This document shows positions 12,201 to 25,759 of a stretch of 64,000 nucleotides of DNA, piece by piece (position 1 is the stretch's first letter; each line of letters starts with the position of its first letter). A program made the position numbers and the translations under genes. The notes under the pieces are model-generated. The model was given only the letters and a program-made list of their open reading frames with translations. It was not told the origin of the DNA and did not search any database. The stretch is from Antedon mediterranea (taxonomy: Eukaryota; Animalia; Echinodermata), in contig NC_092672.1 in NCBI RefSeq assembly GCF_964355755.1, positions 31,254,437 to 31,318,436 on the forward strand, written 5' to 3'.

Positions 12201-15200
12201 TAGGGCTGGGTAAAGTATCAGCATTAAATATTCGTTTAATACAAGAAGACGCACTGCCTCACTGACACTGAAATCTAAACAATGATTTGTTATTACCTCT
12301 AGCCATGACATTAGTAGTAATTAGGATCTTCTCTTTTCCAGCTCTGAACCGATTTAAGACAGCTATTCGCTGCTCAGTAGTTAGTTCACCGCTTAACAGC
12401 GCCACCGCATGACCTTCCTTTACCATTTTCTCCGCTAACCATGCTGCTGTTCGTTTGGTCTACAGGACAGAATTAAAAATAATTGATTGACTAGGAACTT
12501 TTTTGTAACTGTTTTATGGTGTATGCTGTTTTTTAATTTCCTTTTTTTGCATTCAGATATATCCTTTCACCTCTGACCTATAATTATTTGCATTTTTCTG
12601 TTGTGTATGTATCTTTTTCTTTCACTTCTACCCTTTAACCTCTGATCCATAACTATGTCAGTGACATTGTTGTTTTATTTGTTAATGGAATATTAAGCCC
12701 AACAATTTAGTTTTAAATCAAACAAAAATACTAAAATCTAACATATTTTTTTTACATTAGCTTACATGGCAAAAAATCATGGCTTGTCCTATAGATATAG
12801 TGCCGTAGATGTTACATAGTGATTGGAATTTGTCCTCCATACTTCGACACTCGACGTAATATTGCCTAATGTTGCTCAGACTCTCCTCCTCTCGCCTTAA
12901 CCGAATAATCAATGGGTCGTTGATCACGCTCTGTGCGAATTTTATAACTGCTTCATCGTATGTTGCAGAAAACAACATCATCTGACATGTGTCTAATAAT
13001 TTTCTGTCAAAAAAAATACATTAATATTTATTTCTTTTTAAGCTCTATATACACTATCAAACTAGTTTGACAAAAAGTGTGAAGTGCCCAAATATGGTAA
13101 TGGTAGTGATATGCTTAAATATGGTAGTAATATGACATCATCATGTCCATATTATATGGGCACATCACATTTTTTGTCACATCAATTTTGAGTATGGATA
13201 GAGCTTTAGATAAAGTACTACAATCCAAAACCTGCTAATTCTACAGTCATCCTGTGACACACAGAAAAATAAACAGCTACATTTTGTCTTTCCTTCAGAT
13301 TTGGCTACATGCCATTTAATGTTTCTATTTTCATTATCAAGTAGAAATGAAAAGTGTGTGTACCGGGCTAGTACCAAATTGCACTCTGTTGTGATTAGTT
13401 ATTGCTAGTGTGTTTAACTGGGCTAGTACCAAATTGCACCCTGTTATGATTAGTTATTGCTAGTGTGTGTACCGGGCTAGTACCAAATTGCACTCTGTTG
13501 TGATTAGTTATTGCTAGTGTTTGTACCGGGCTAGTACCAAATTGCACCCTGTTGTGATTAGTTATTGCTAGTGTGTGTACCGGGCTAGTACCAAATTGCA
13601 CCCTGTTGTGATTGGTTATTGCTAGTGTGTGTACCGGGCTAGTACCAAATTGCACTCTGTTGTGATTAGTTATTGCTAGTGTGTTTAACTGGGCTAGTAC
13701 CAAATTGCACCCTGTTATGATTAGTTATTGCTAGTGTGTTTACTGGGCTAGTACCAAATTGCACTCTGTTATGATTAGTTATTGCTAGTGTGTTTACTGG
13801 GCTAGTACCAAATTGCACGCTGTTATGATTAGTTATTGCTAGTGTGTTTACTGGGCTAGTACCAAATTGCACTCTGTTATGATTAGTTATTGCTAGTGTG
13901 TTTACTGGGCTAGTACCAAATTGCACTCTGTTATGATTAGTTATTGCTAATGCAAGTGTGTTTAACTGGGCTAGTACAAAATTGCACTCTGGTATGATTA
14001 GTTATTGCTAGTGTGTTTACCGGGCTAGTACCAAATTGCACTCTGTTATGATTAGTTATTGCTAGTGTGTTTACTGAGCTAGTACCAAATTGCACCCGGT
14101 TGTGATTAGTTATTGCTAGTGTGTTTACCAGGTTAGTACAGAATTGCACTCTGTTATGATTAGTTTATTGCTAGTGTGTTTACCGGGCTAGTAACAAATT
14201 GCAATCTGTTATTAGTTATTGCTAGTGTGTTTACCGGGCTAGTACCAAATTGCACCCGGTTGTGATTAGTTATTGCTAGTGTGTTTACCGGGCTAGTACC
14301 AAATTGCACCAGGTTGTGATTAGTTATTGCTAGTGTGTTTACCGGGCTAGTACCAAATTGCACCAGGTTGTGATTAGTTATTGCTAGTGTGTTTACCGGG
14401 CTAGTACCAAAATGCACCCGGTTGTGATTAGTTATTGCTAGTGTGTTTACTGAGCTAGTACCAAATTGCACCCGGTTGTGATTAGTTATTGCTAGTGTGT
14501 TTACCAGGTTAGTACAGAATTGCACTCTGTTATGATTAGTTATTGCTAGTGTGTTTACCGGGCTAGTACCAAATTGCAATCTGTTATTAGTTATTGCTAG
14601 TGTGTTTACCGGGCTAGTACCAAATTGCACCCGGTTGTGATTAGTTATTGCTAGTGTGTTTACCGGGCTAGTACCAAATTGCACCAGGTTGTGATTAGTT
14701 ATTGCTAGTGTGTTTACCGGGCTAGTACCAAATTGCACCAGTTTGTGATTAGTTATTGCTAGTGTCTTTACCGGGCTAGTACCAAAATGCACCCGGTTGT
14801 GATTAGTTATTGCTAGTGTGTTTACCGGGCTAGTACCAAATTGCACCCTGTTGTGATTGGTTATTGCTAGTGTGTTTAACCAGCCTAGTATTAAATTAAG
14901 ACATGTGATTGTTGGTTATTGCCTGCAAACGAGTCTATTTCTTACTTTCTTATCCTAATTGACTGATCTTGATGTCCTTGCGTTGCTATCATCACGTCCG
15001 CTTCATCCAAGACAAATACGGTTATTGCGCTAAGATCAATCGCACGATAACGTGTACACCAATCCAGAGTCGTACCCGGGGTCCCAATAACAATCTGATC
15101 TGTTAGCCTTTCGCCTCGGGCAACTCGTTCGCCTCGTACAGCGTAACGTACCGATATGTCTGTTAACATTTTTCCCATCTCTTTAACTACCTCGCCTATC

Positions 15201-18200
15201 TGTAAAGCTAACTCAAACGTCGGTGCTAAACACAGAGCCTATGAATGAAAGATTTTGTTAATTTGTATTTATTTTCATATCATTCAAAAACAAACACAGA
15301 TCTCATCAATTATACAGGAATTCAACAGTGGAAACCTGTGTTTTCGAACCAAGTCTTATATGAGGCTTAGGTACAGGCACTGTATTGGCTGTCAGAAAAG
15401 TTCCATACCAGTCGGGAGAAAATGGCATATGTTTCCTACTTTCTAGGACTCTTGTAACATGACCACGGTGCTAAATTTGACATTTTTCCTCTAACTGATA
15501 CAAGATCTCTGACAGGACTTGAACCAAGGACTCTGGGATTGGTAAGCAATTATGTTAACCACTAGGTCTCTATTTCATACAGTAATTGTAATTGTTATCA
15601 CTGATTATCCATCATTATCCATAAAACATCAAGAAAAAGAAAAATTCCACAATTTACAGCAATGACCTTTTAGCATTTTAAACCTCAATGCAGTTAATGA
15701 ATAAACATGCTAATTGTATTATATATTTTAAACTCATACCTTCTCAATTTTAAAATTTGGTTTAGCATATTTTAAATATAAACAAATGAATCGGATTTCC
15801 TTAAGTTAAAAATTAAAAATGACACCAGTATCTTAATAATATTGTTATTATAATTATTATATTATTTATTTAATATTTACCTGTGGATACTTTTTACTAC
15901 CATCAACTCGACTGAGCATCGTGAGAACAAATGCCGCTGTTTTACCTGTACCACTCTGTGACTGTGCAATCATATTATGAGGCCTAAAAAATATATTATA
16001 AAGGGTAACCACAAATATAGGTAGAATAAGTGTATTAAATATGTTTCTTTAATAATTTCTTGAGAGACACTCTCTGAGCATTTTGGACACACTATAAACA
16101 TTTTGAACACATTCTGAACATGGAACACACTCTGAACATTTTGTAATACACTCTGAATATTTTGAACAAACTCACATTTTGAACACACTCCCAACATTTT
16201 GAACACACTGAAAATTGTAAAGACACTCTGAAAATTGTAAACACACTCTGAACATTGTGAACACACTAAAATGTTCATAGACTATGAACATTTTGAACAC
16301 ACTCTGAACATTGTGAACACACTCTGAACATTGTGAACACACTCTGAACATTTTGAACACACTCTGAACATTGTGAACACACTCTGAACATTTTAAACAC
16401 ACTCTGAACATTTTAAACACACTCTGAACATTTTGAACATACTCTGAACATTTTGTAATACACTCTGAATATTTTGAACAAACTCACATTTTGAACACAA
16501 TCCCAACATTTTGAACACTCTCAACATTTTGAACACACTCTGAAAATTGTGAACATACTCTGAACATTGTATACACACTATGAACATTTTGAACACACTC
16601 TGAAAATTGTGAACACACTCTGAACATTGTGAACACACTCTGAACATTTTGAACACACTCTGAACATTTTGAACACTCTCTGAACATTTTGAACACACTC
16701 TGAACATTTTGAACTCACTCTGAACATTTTGAAGACGCTCTGAACATTGTGAACACACTCTGAACATTTTGAACACACTCTGAACATTTTGAACACACTC
16801 TGAACATTTTGAACACACTCTGAACATTTTGAACATACTCTGAACATTTTGTAATACACTCTGAATATTTTGAACAAACTCACATTTTGAACACAATCCC
16901 AACATTTTGAACACTCTCAACATTTTGAACACACTCTGAAAATTGTGAACATACTCTGAACATTGTATACACACTATGAACATTTTGAACACACTCTGAA
17001 CATTTTGAACATACTCTGAACATTTTGTAATACACTCTGAATATTTTGAACTCACTCTGAACATTTTGAAGACGCTCTGAATATTGTGAACACACTCTGA
17101 ACATTTTGAACACACTCTGAACATTGTGAACACACTCTGAACATTGTGAACACACTCTGAACATTTTGAACACACTCTGAACATTGTGAACACACTCTGA
17201 ACATTTTAAACACACTCTGAACATTTTAAACACACTCTGAACATTTTGAACATACTCTGAACATTTTGTAATACACTCTGAATATTTTGAACAAACTCAC
17301 ATTTTGAACACAATCCCAACATTTTGAACACTCTCAACATTTTGAACACACTCTGAAAATTGTGAACATACTCTGAACATTGTATACACACTATGAACAT
17401 TTTGAACACACTCTGAAAATTGTGAACACACTCTGAACATTGTGAACACACTCTGAACATTTTGAACACACTCTGAACATTTTGAACACTCTCTGAACAT
17501 TTTGAACACACTCTGAACATTTTGAACTCACTCTGAACATTTTGAAGACGCTCTGAACATTGTGAACACACTCTGAACATTTTGAACACACTCTGAACAT
17601 TTTGAACACACTCTGAACATTTTGAACACACTCTGAACATTTTGAACATACTCTGAACATTTTGTAATACACTCTGAATATTTTGAACAAACTCACATTT
17701 TGAACACAATCCCAACATTTTGAACACTCTCAACATTTTGAACACACTCTGAAAATTGTGAACATACTCTGAACATTGTATACACACTATGAACATTTTG
17801 AACACACTCTGAAAATTGTGAACACACTCTGAACATTGTGAACACACTCTGAACATTTTGAACACACTCTGAACATTTTGAACACTCTCTGAACATTTTG
17901 AACACTCTCTGAACATTTTGAACTCACTCTGAACATTTTGAATACACTCTGAACATTTTGAAGACGCTCTGAACATCGTGAACACACTCTGAACATTTTG
18001 AACACCCTGAATTTGTTGGGACACACTCTGAAAATTTTGAACACACTCTGAACTTTTTGAACAAAGTCTGAACATTTTGAACACACTCCCAACATTTTGA
18101 ACACACTCTGAAAATTTTGAACACACTTTGAACATTTTGAACACCCTGAATTTGTTGGGACACACTCTGAAAATTTTGAACACACTCTGAACATTTTGAA

Positions 18201-19830
18201 CACACTCTGAACTTTTTGAACAACACTCTGAACACACTCTTAGAAACATTTGAGCAAAGTCTGAACATTTTGAACACACTCCCAACATTTTGAACACACT
18301 CTGAACATTTTGAACACACTTTGAACATTTTGAACACACTCTAAGCATTATGAACATATCCTGAACATTTTGAACACACCCTAAACTTGTTTGTCGCCCA
18401 TCCTTCAACGTCTTGTCACTCATCCTTAACTTTTTACACCTACATGTCCCCCCTAAAAAGCACAAAGACCAAGAGGTTTTGAATTAAACTTACGGATCAG
18501 CTAGAAGCATAGGCAGAGCCGTCTCCTGGATTTTTGACGGGGCATTAAATCCCATTTGGTATATACCTTTTAAAAGTTCCGGTTTTCTAAGGAAAATGGA
18601 ATATAAAATAGTTTTAAATGATAAAATAATAATAATAACAAACTTTCATACAAAATCAGTCAAAGCATTAGTTTTGTATGGTTAAATACAAAAACTCACA
18701 TAATTTTTGCTGAAAATGTGTGTTTTTTAGAAACATTTTTTTGCGATAACCGAATGCCGCTTTTGATAATTATCAGCCATATTCTCACGTCACAATTAGA
18801 TCGCAGGTTATCAAGAATTGGATAATTAGATGGTGCCATTGGATAGGTAAACCAACTGTGTAATAATACTAGTCAAAATCTGGGTTCTCACCAGCACGTT
18901 AGGAGCCTGTCGCCAACTAAAGCCCCACTGGTTATGAGTGCCAGGCAGGGCGACCGGTGCCAACCAGCATGACGAGAAGCCTGAAAATACAATACTTACA
19001 AGTGTAATTCTTCAAAAGATTTGACAGAATAAAGTGGGGAGTTTGGGTCTTTCTGTTGAATGTCCAGCTTCACACCTTGACTCGACTGTACAAGTTTAGA
19101 ATGTAATGCCTTTTGTAGTAGTGATGCATCTTCTGCTTGTTGGGCTAATGGTAACAAGAAACTTTATTAAGAAATTAATTTTCAATACTGTAAAAATACC
19201 ACAAGTTTAAATAAAATAATAAAGTTACAAAGCATGGAACGTTATTTATGGTTTTATAAGCAAATGAAAATACTGTTTATGAAATGAAAAATAAGATATT
19301 AAAACAAAGTTTTAAGTAAAAGTTTTAAACTTGATGTTACTTATAGGCTATTATAAATTTGAATTTACTAATTTTTTTTTTTCAGTTTCCAATTATTTTA
19401 TTTTATGGACAATACCATCTTACAAATATATTAATAACCTGAATAGGAAAATTACCATATAATTATAAGTAGTAAACGTTATAAAACACATGAAAAAAGT
19501 AATTTTAATGTTCTACCTGCTTCTTCCGGTGTCAATGTATCGACTTCAGCTACTGGTGGTGATGAGATTGTCAATTTCTGCTGAACCTGTTCAAAATAAC
19601 CACAAAAATTACAATAGCGTTAAAACTTAAAATCATGCTACAGTCATCATAGTCAACTGTATAGGACAAACCCATGCCCAGCGTGCTATTTGGAATAATG
19701 AGAATCAGCCGGTTCGATGAGGCGGCCTAGCCTGATCACTAAAAAAACTTACTGTATTACTAAGTCCTCCTCCATCTCCTTTTTCCTGTTGACTTATTGC
19801 TTTTCCCCAATCTTCGTCTAGGCCTGCCAT
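9227..19830 (-). CDS. DDX19: DEAD-box mRNA-export RNA helicase DDX19/DBP5 (477 aa, 10 coding exons)
   Basis: Exons 19830-19753, 19586-19517, 19144-19000, 18586-18494, 15983-15881, 15238-14946, 13003-12766, 12459-12297, 10170-9979, 9285-9227, all in phase. Motifs [48 protein letters not shown]. Confidence 0.96.
9293..9597 (-). mobile_element. tRNA-headed SINE with a CORE-like centre and an L2-like 3' tail
   Basis: Minus strand: TGTGGCACAGTG A box, GTTTCGAATCC B box, ccttaggcaagatacttta, then ggcgct...ggcgctatttaaat(tat)n tail. The head recurs at 24790-24865. Confidence 0.7.
10523..10961 (+). mobile_element. Solo LTR (Gypsy-like)
   Basis: TGTTACG...CGTAACA termini, 4-bp ATAT target-site duplication on both sides, internal AATAAA near 10849; 439 bp. 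Confidence 0.85.
11478..11960. mobile_element. MITE with long (~55 bp) TIRs
   Basis: TAGGGAGTTTTCGCAACCTTACGAATACGATAACGAAAACGGATACGTC is mirrored at 11909-11960. Confidence 0.85.
13041..13205. mobile_element. MITE family A copy
   Basis: Same TIRs and core as the other copies. Confidence 0.75.
13355..14895. repeat. 51-bp minisatellite (about 30 copies) in a DDX19 intron
   Basis: Unit GGGCTAGTACCAAATTGCACTCTGTTGTGATTAGTTATTGCTAGTGTGTTTAC(C). Confidence 0.95.
15490..15566 (-). mobile_element. SINE head fragment (tRNA-derived)
   Basis: Minus strand CTAGTGGTTA...TGCTTACCAATCC...GGTTCAAGTCCTGTCA, the same head as 57938-58010. Confidence 0.6.
16068..18380. repeat. 20-bp satellite with higher-order duplications in a DDX19 intron
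   Basis: Unit ACACACTCTGAACATTTTGA. Identical spurious ORFs recur at offsets of 813 and 396 bp. Confidence 0.95.
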
Positions 19831-20001
19831 TATACAACTTCGGTTTCTTTTATTTTTATTTTTTGGTTATAAAGTTAGACCGTAACTCGCCAAATTTAAT
19901 TTGGCTAGGCTAGGTGCAATTGTGGCGGCGAAAAAGAGAGAGAGAGAAGAGGATCTTTTTTTAGTAGTCTAGCGCCATCTATATTTTATGAGGTAACAAA
20001 C
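19831..20001. promoter_or_regulatory. Bidirectional promoter DDX19/MRPS22
   Basis: Only 171 bp between divergent ATGs; contains TAGCGCCATCTA, with a YY1-like AACATGGCGGC over the MRPS22 start. Confidence 0.8.
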
Positions 20002-23000
20002 ATGGCGGCGCACATGAACAAAGTTGTTCGTGCACGTCTTTTTATAAACGAGACATTAATCAATAATAAGCACATTGTTTGTTCTAACTTTCTAATTCAA
20101 AGCCATCATAGAAAAATATGTTCTAAGTCTACAGAAAATAGTACAGATTATACACCTGGTAAGTTAATAAATATACCTAGCAGAGTAGGCTAGGCCTAGG
20201 CTAGGTAGGCCTAGCTTTCATATTTTATGCCTGTGGCGACTGGGAACAGATGATCGGGCCTATTGAAAGACGATCGGGCCTAAAGTAAGACTATCGGGCC
20301 TAAATATATAATTAATGGTCTATCGTGTCGTGTGCGTCAATTTAAAATGGTATGGTCGACTGCCAAGCGCCTATAAACCATACATTTGACATAATGCTTT
20401 TTTTTTAGGTTTTCAAGATGAAAAAGTTCAAGAAATACTAAAAAAAATTACAGGAATGCAGTTGGAAAAAATATTCAAACCAATGGCACAGAAACTAGAA
20501 CCACCAAAGTACCAACTCATGAGTGAAGAGAAACTCCAAGAGGTACCGTCCTTATTTCCTAATATTGATTTTTAACGATAAAATTAAAAGCTTTAAAAAA
20601 TTAATTATCAAATTTAGTGCTATTATTACTTATCTATGGTGGTTTTTATTTCTCGAAATTGTGCATTCGCCAATTTTCTATACCGCCCTCTATTTTTTAT
20701 TAGATTTTGGTCGAGTAGTGTTTATTAGGAAATAACACAAACAAAATAGACTAGAAATAAAAAGTCTGACCGACCGACCGACGCTGTTTTTCAATTGATT
20801 CCGTGCTTGAGCAACCAACATTTTTTTATGCCAAAACCTGTCCATTACAGTGAGGCAAACAGTACAGGTTTATGTAATAATGCATATATTTAATGGTAGT
20901 AATGATTAGTTTAATCTAAATTACTGTAGATCTTTACTGGTTCAGTTACTTGGTTTGGTTTCAACTATACATACAGTATAATCTGTTCAGGGTTTTCTCT
21001 TCCATGGTATAATTATAAGATTACAAATTTTCTGTTTTTCTTTTATTTAAGTTTCGACAAATTGCAATGAAGAAAGCTGAAGAAAAGCTTGAAATGCCTC
21101 CAGTGATGGAAGAACGTACAGAGATTGATGAAGTGATTACTCGAAACCGGGAATTGAGAGGCCTAGAGACTTCAAAATACGTATTCACTGATATAACAGT
21201 GGGATTAAATGATAGAGTAATTACTGTTTGATATTTGAATAATTAATTAATAAGGGGGATTAGTGGCAGATAAAGGATGTTAAAATTGGGGTGAGAGTGC
21301 CAGGGCGTAAAATAAAGAATGATGTTCAATCTTTTGCATTGTATGTCTGAAATCATCTCCTTGCGAGGTGGGTGGTGGGGGGATTGAGAAATCATGTTGG
21401 GAGTGATTGTTGGATTTTAAAAGTACAATGACCAAGTATTCAATCATTCCGGTATAAACCAGTATAGGATAAAGAATAAAAATTAATAGGAGACCATAGT
21501 GTATCGCAGAACACTACAGGACCGTTTTTGTTCTACTACTATCTATGTAATAGCTATGTTGAACTTATACAAAGCTCTATTACTTCCAGTGGTTACCTAC
21601 TGTTGTTCAATGTGGGCACCATTTGAGAAATCATATATTAATAGAATAGAAAGTATACAAAGGAAAGCAAAAAGGATAATAATGTTTAGAAAGGAAGGTT
21701 CCTGGGACACATCTTATTTTCATAGGTTGAAAGTGCTTGAATTATTATCTATTGATGACTTGTTTAAATTACATAGACTTTCATTAGGATTTAAGGTGTT
21801 GAAAGGTTACTGTCCCCATTCTTTCAATGAGTATATTAAAACTAGTGAAAGATGTCCGGGTAGGCTTTTACGTTGGAATTCGAAAGGCAATACTTTTCAT
21901 AATTCTGTATTTGTTTCCTTTCCTAGACTATGGGAGCAAATACCAAATGACATAAAAGATTCACAAACAATTTCAATATTTAAGGCTGCTCTAACAAAAC
22001 ACTATATTTCATGTTATGTATAATTTATTTGTATTTTTCTTGTATATGGTTTTATCTTTAACTGATTGTATTGTATGGAGTGAGTGCAGAATCTGTTTGG
22101 GCTTTAGCCTATTCTCATTCCTGGTTATTTTTACATTGATGGCCGAATAGATATTATTATTATTATTATTATCTATGAAATTGTGAATTTTTGTTTTTAA
22201 GGAACGGTTTATTGTAGTGAGAGAGCCAGACGGAACATTAAGGAAAGCCAAATGGGAAGAAAGGGATAGAATTACGCAAGTATATTTCCCAAGGGAAGGC
22301 CGTAGACTTGTACCACCATTGATGTTTGCAGAAGAAAATATTCAGGTATGACAATACCAAAGTCCCGTACAGTATGTAGATCACATACATTCCGTGTGCA
22401 AGATCCACTGCAAATAATTAAAAAATATAGGCCAAGGAGAACGTGTTTTGTGGCAATTGAAAGCAACAGCTTATGTTGGTAACTTGTACATCCATCACAG
22501 CGCTATATTTGTGATTTATATCGGATCTATCACAGTGCTATATTTGTGATTAATTTATTTCGGATCCAGCAAAGCACTGTAAGTTTATTTGTGATTTATA
22601 TGACATCCATCACAGTGCTATATTTGTGATTTATATCGGATTCATGACAGTGCTATAAGTTTATTTGTGATTTATATGACATCCAACACAGTGCTATATT
22701 TGTGATTTATATCACATACATCACAGTGCTAATGTGTGAATAATTGTAATATTTTTTTTTTTTTTTAAAGAACTCTTTAAATGATGATAGACATGAAGAA
22801 CTGCTGGACCTAGCATGTGTACAGTTTGAACCAGATGATAAGCATTTTATTAGGGTAAAAATTATAAAATCATTCTTTTTCTCTGTTTTTGTTTTGTGTC
22901 TTTGGTGTGAGATGATGGTTTGTATGTACTGTATTATTCTCTGGTATAATCCCCTCCCCCCTACCCCCCTTAGAACAGAACACGAAATTGGGTCGACTAT

Positions 23001-25186
23001 AAGACTATACCCAGGGATATCCTGGTTCAAGAAAAAAATTAATGTAGCATTTCTTGTAAAAACTCATCTAAAGAGTGGTATACATCCAGGCCAAAAGTTA
23101 GTACTAGGACCGGGGATAGGGGGTGGGATTAAACCTGAAGTGGGATTATACCCGAGGATATACGGTATATAATGTATACCTGAATTTATTTTTCATATAT
23201 TTCCAATATACCATTATGTCTGGTAGGCCTCTATATTTGTTTTTATTGTGTTTTCTTGTTATTATGACGAGCAATGAATTTCCTTTTTGAGGATCAATAA
23301 AAGTTATCTTATCTTATCTTAGCTAGTTAAGAAGTGCTTTAGTTAATAATTGAACTTTATTTATCAAACCAGTTCTTTTTATCCTAAGAAATAAACTTCT
23401 AAAGTTAAAAGGAAAAGGGTTATTTTGAAAATTGACTAAGCATTGACTTAAAGCAAATTTAAGATAATTGCTAAGCATGTTTGGTATGTTCTTAAGTAGC
23501 AAATAAAAAAAAACATTTGTGCTAATTTTTTCCAGGTTCACAGGAGTGTATACACTGAAATAGAAAATAAATTGAAATATGACGTACTTCGATCAACGCG
23601 ACATTTTGGTGGCCTTGCATATTATTTTACAGTTAATAAAAGAATTGATGGATTGCTTACCGACATGATAGAACGAGAATTGTAAGCAAACAAATATCTA
23701 TTGATTTAAAGGGTCCTGGAAGTAGGTGAGATTATTTAAGGGGGGTCAAAGGTTATGTAAGATAATAAACACAGGGTAAAGATATATATTCCCCCCTAAA
23801 AAATGTTCACATTTTTTTTAACATGTCATTTTAATTTTGCCTAAAAGTTATTCATTTTGACCAAAAACTGGATCGAAAATTATTTTCCCAAAAAATGCTT
23901 AAATTGTCTTTCTGAAGCATTTATTTGTCTTTTTATAAGTGAAATAATTTATTTATTTTTTATTTTTTACCGAATTGAATAACTTTATTAAAACTGCAAA
24001 ATGGCCTATTTAAAGTCTGATTTTAATAATCTTCATTTTTCATGTTTTTTTCCACCTTCATTTCCCTTACACTATAGTTGTAAAAAACCACTTTACTCCA
24101 ATACAACTTAAATATTTTGAAACCTGTATAGCCTCATTTCCCCCTCTCATAGACTTCATAAACCTCTCACAAGAGATGCAACACAAGGACGTAGATGCAA
24201 CGATTTGATCAATCACAAGCGATGGATTATTGTATTGTTATATTACTGTCGCTTGTCATTGTTGAACTTGATTGCATCTGTAGTAGTGTGAACCAGGCTT
24301 TACAAACCTCTTTATAATAAACCTTCTACCAAATCTCCTATATGTCATCCACCTTTTAAACCCTCCCCCCCCCCCCCAAAAAAAAAAACCAAAATCAAAC
24401 AAACTTTTTACCTACATACATAGAAATGTCTTCTTTGTGTGTTATGTTTATTGCTTGTAGAAAAATACTGAAATATTTTATTAGTAGATTAGTAACTTGT
24501 ACTGATTGTTTATTTTGTAGAATTGATGATGCTGTTGATTTGGTGTGTTTATTCCACTTGCTCCATCCAGATAGTACGTCAGCGAAAGAAGTGACGGAGA
24601 AATCTTTGACTGGCACAGACATCATAAAGGTAGGTACAGTACGATGTATTAGCCACAACAAATGCTATACTACACCATAAGCAGTCTTTTGAGGAGGGCC
24701 AAAAAAGAAAGAGGAAATGTTTTTCTTGGTGAGGACAACATTCCCCAAGAAAACATTTTATGCTTGTCAGTATACCGTATAATAATAATGCGGCGAGAGT
24801 TGGATTCGAACCATAACCTCACGATCGGTAATCCAGCATCCAACACACTGCGCCACACGCCCCCACATTATGTGAGTGATGCGACACTTTGTAATTGTTT
24901 TGTTAGTTTTTTATTTATATGTTTCTGTATATCTCCGAGCGAACATAATGTCTATGTATATAGTTTATATGAAAATGACAATAAATGGAAGTAATTTCCA
25001 CTGATGATGATATTTGCTAGGCCTCTATTTACCACTACACTGGATCCATTCTAAACCATTGTTTTTCCATTCTTGCAGACTTATTTAAAGCGGGATTCTC
25101 CTCACCCAGGCAAGGTAGAGCTGGCTCTACAATCATATGAGAATTTATTACTTGAAGAAACAGCCAAACAAGAAGAAAACAACTAA
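20002..25186 (+). CDS. MRPS22: Mitochondrial ribosomal protein S22 (348 aa, 8 exons)
   Basis: Exons 20002-20158, 20409-20542, 21052-21216, 22202-22345, 22771-22854, 23536-23681, 24521-24629, 25079-25186. Motifs [65 protein letters not shown]; basic N-terminal presequence. Confidence 0.93.
21550..22170 (+). mobile_element. 5'-truncated LINE (RT C-terminus plus 3' UTR and (TAT)n tail)
   Basis: ORF 21499-22023 [19 protein letters not shown]...IESIQRKA...PRLWEQIP...FKAAL is typical of the C-terminus of CR1/Jockey-group LINE ORF2. Confidence 0.8.
22490..22730. repeat. Degenerate ~30-35 bp tandem repeat
   Basis: catcacagtgctatatttgtgatttatat reiterated. Confidence 0.8.
22929..23165. mobile_element. 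pogo/Tigger-like MITE
   Basis: TA|CTGTATTATTCTCTGGTATAATCCC...GGGATTATACCCGAGGATATACGG|TA. Confidence 0.55.
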
Positions 25187-25549
25187 GTTTTAAAATAAAA
25201 ATGCATTTATAAGGGCGTTACTGTAGTTTCGCACCCAGCATTTATTGACATTATTGGCAAAATGTATTTAAATTTGAACATGATTTTCCATAGATGGATT
25301 TCACAAAGTTTTTCAGCCCTTTTGGCGCTCCATAGAAGTATACAAACAGTGTGAGAAACACGTCTGTAAAATCATCAATTTAAAGGATTTATTCGTTACT
25401 TTTTATGTGATTGTCCATCATAAAAGTACTTTCGAAGCCTAAGGTGGGCTTTCTACGATAAAGTTAGTTAACACATTTGGAGCCGAAATATAAGGTGGAT
25501 CCGAAACTGCAGTAGCGCCTTGTAGCCCATCATGGGATATATACGGTAA

Positions 25550-25630
25550 AGCTCTGTCTATACTACCAAACTATCAAATATGGTAGTGATATGACATCAC
25601 ATTTCTTTGTTTGATAGTGTAGACAGAGCT
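25550..25630. mobile_element. MITE family A, internally deleted copy
   Basis: Both TIRs present, 81 bp. Confidence 0.7.
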
Positions 25631-25759
25631 TAAGTAAATGCTGAGATATGATTACACACATGTTACAACTCTGTTGATTATATGGTGTACGCGTTTAAAA
25701 TCAGTTCTGGATCTGTTCCCGGTACTAATTTATCAAACTATTAAAGACTCATCGTAATA

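Noticed and set aside
13395-14846. Repetitive ORFs ([18 protein letters not shown])
   Set aside because: A 51-bp unit divisible by 3 inside a DDX19 intron, with frameshifts between blocks; the flanking exons join in phase without it.
15970-18465. Cys-rich ORFs up to 419 aa (CSKCSECV) resembling metal-binding proteins
   Set aside because: Stop-free translation of a 20-bp satellite in all three frames.
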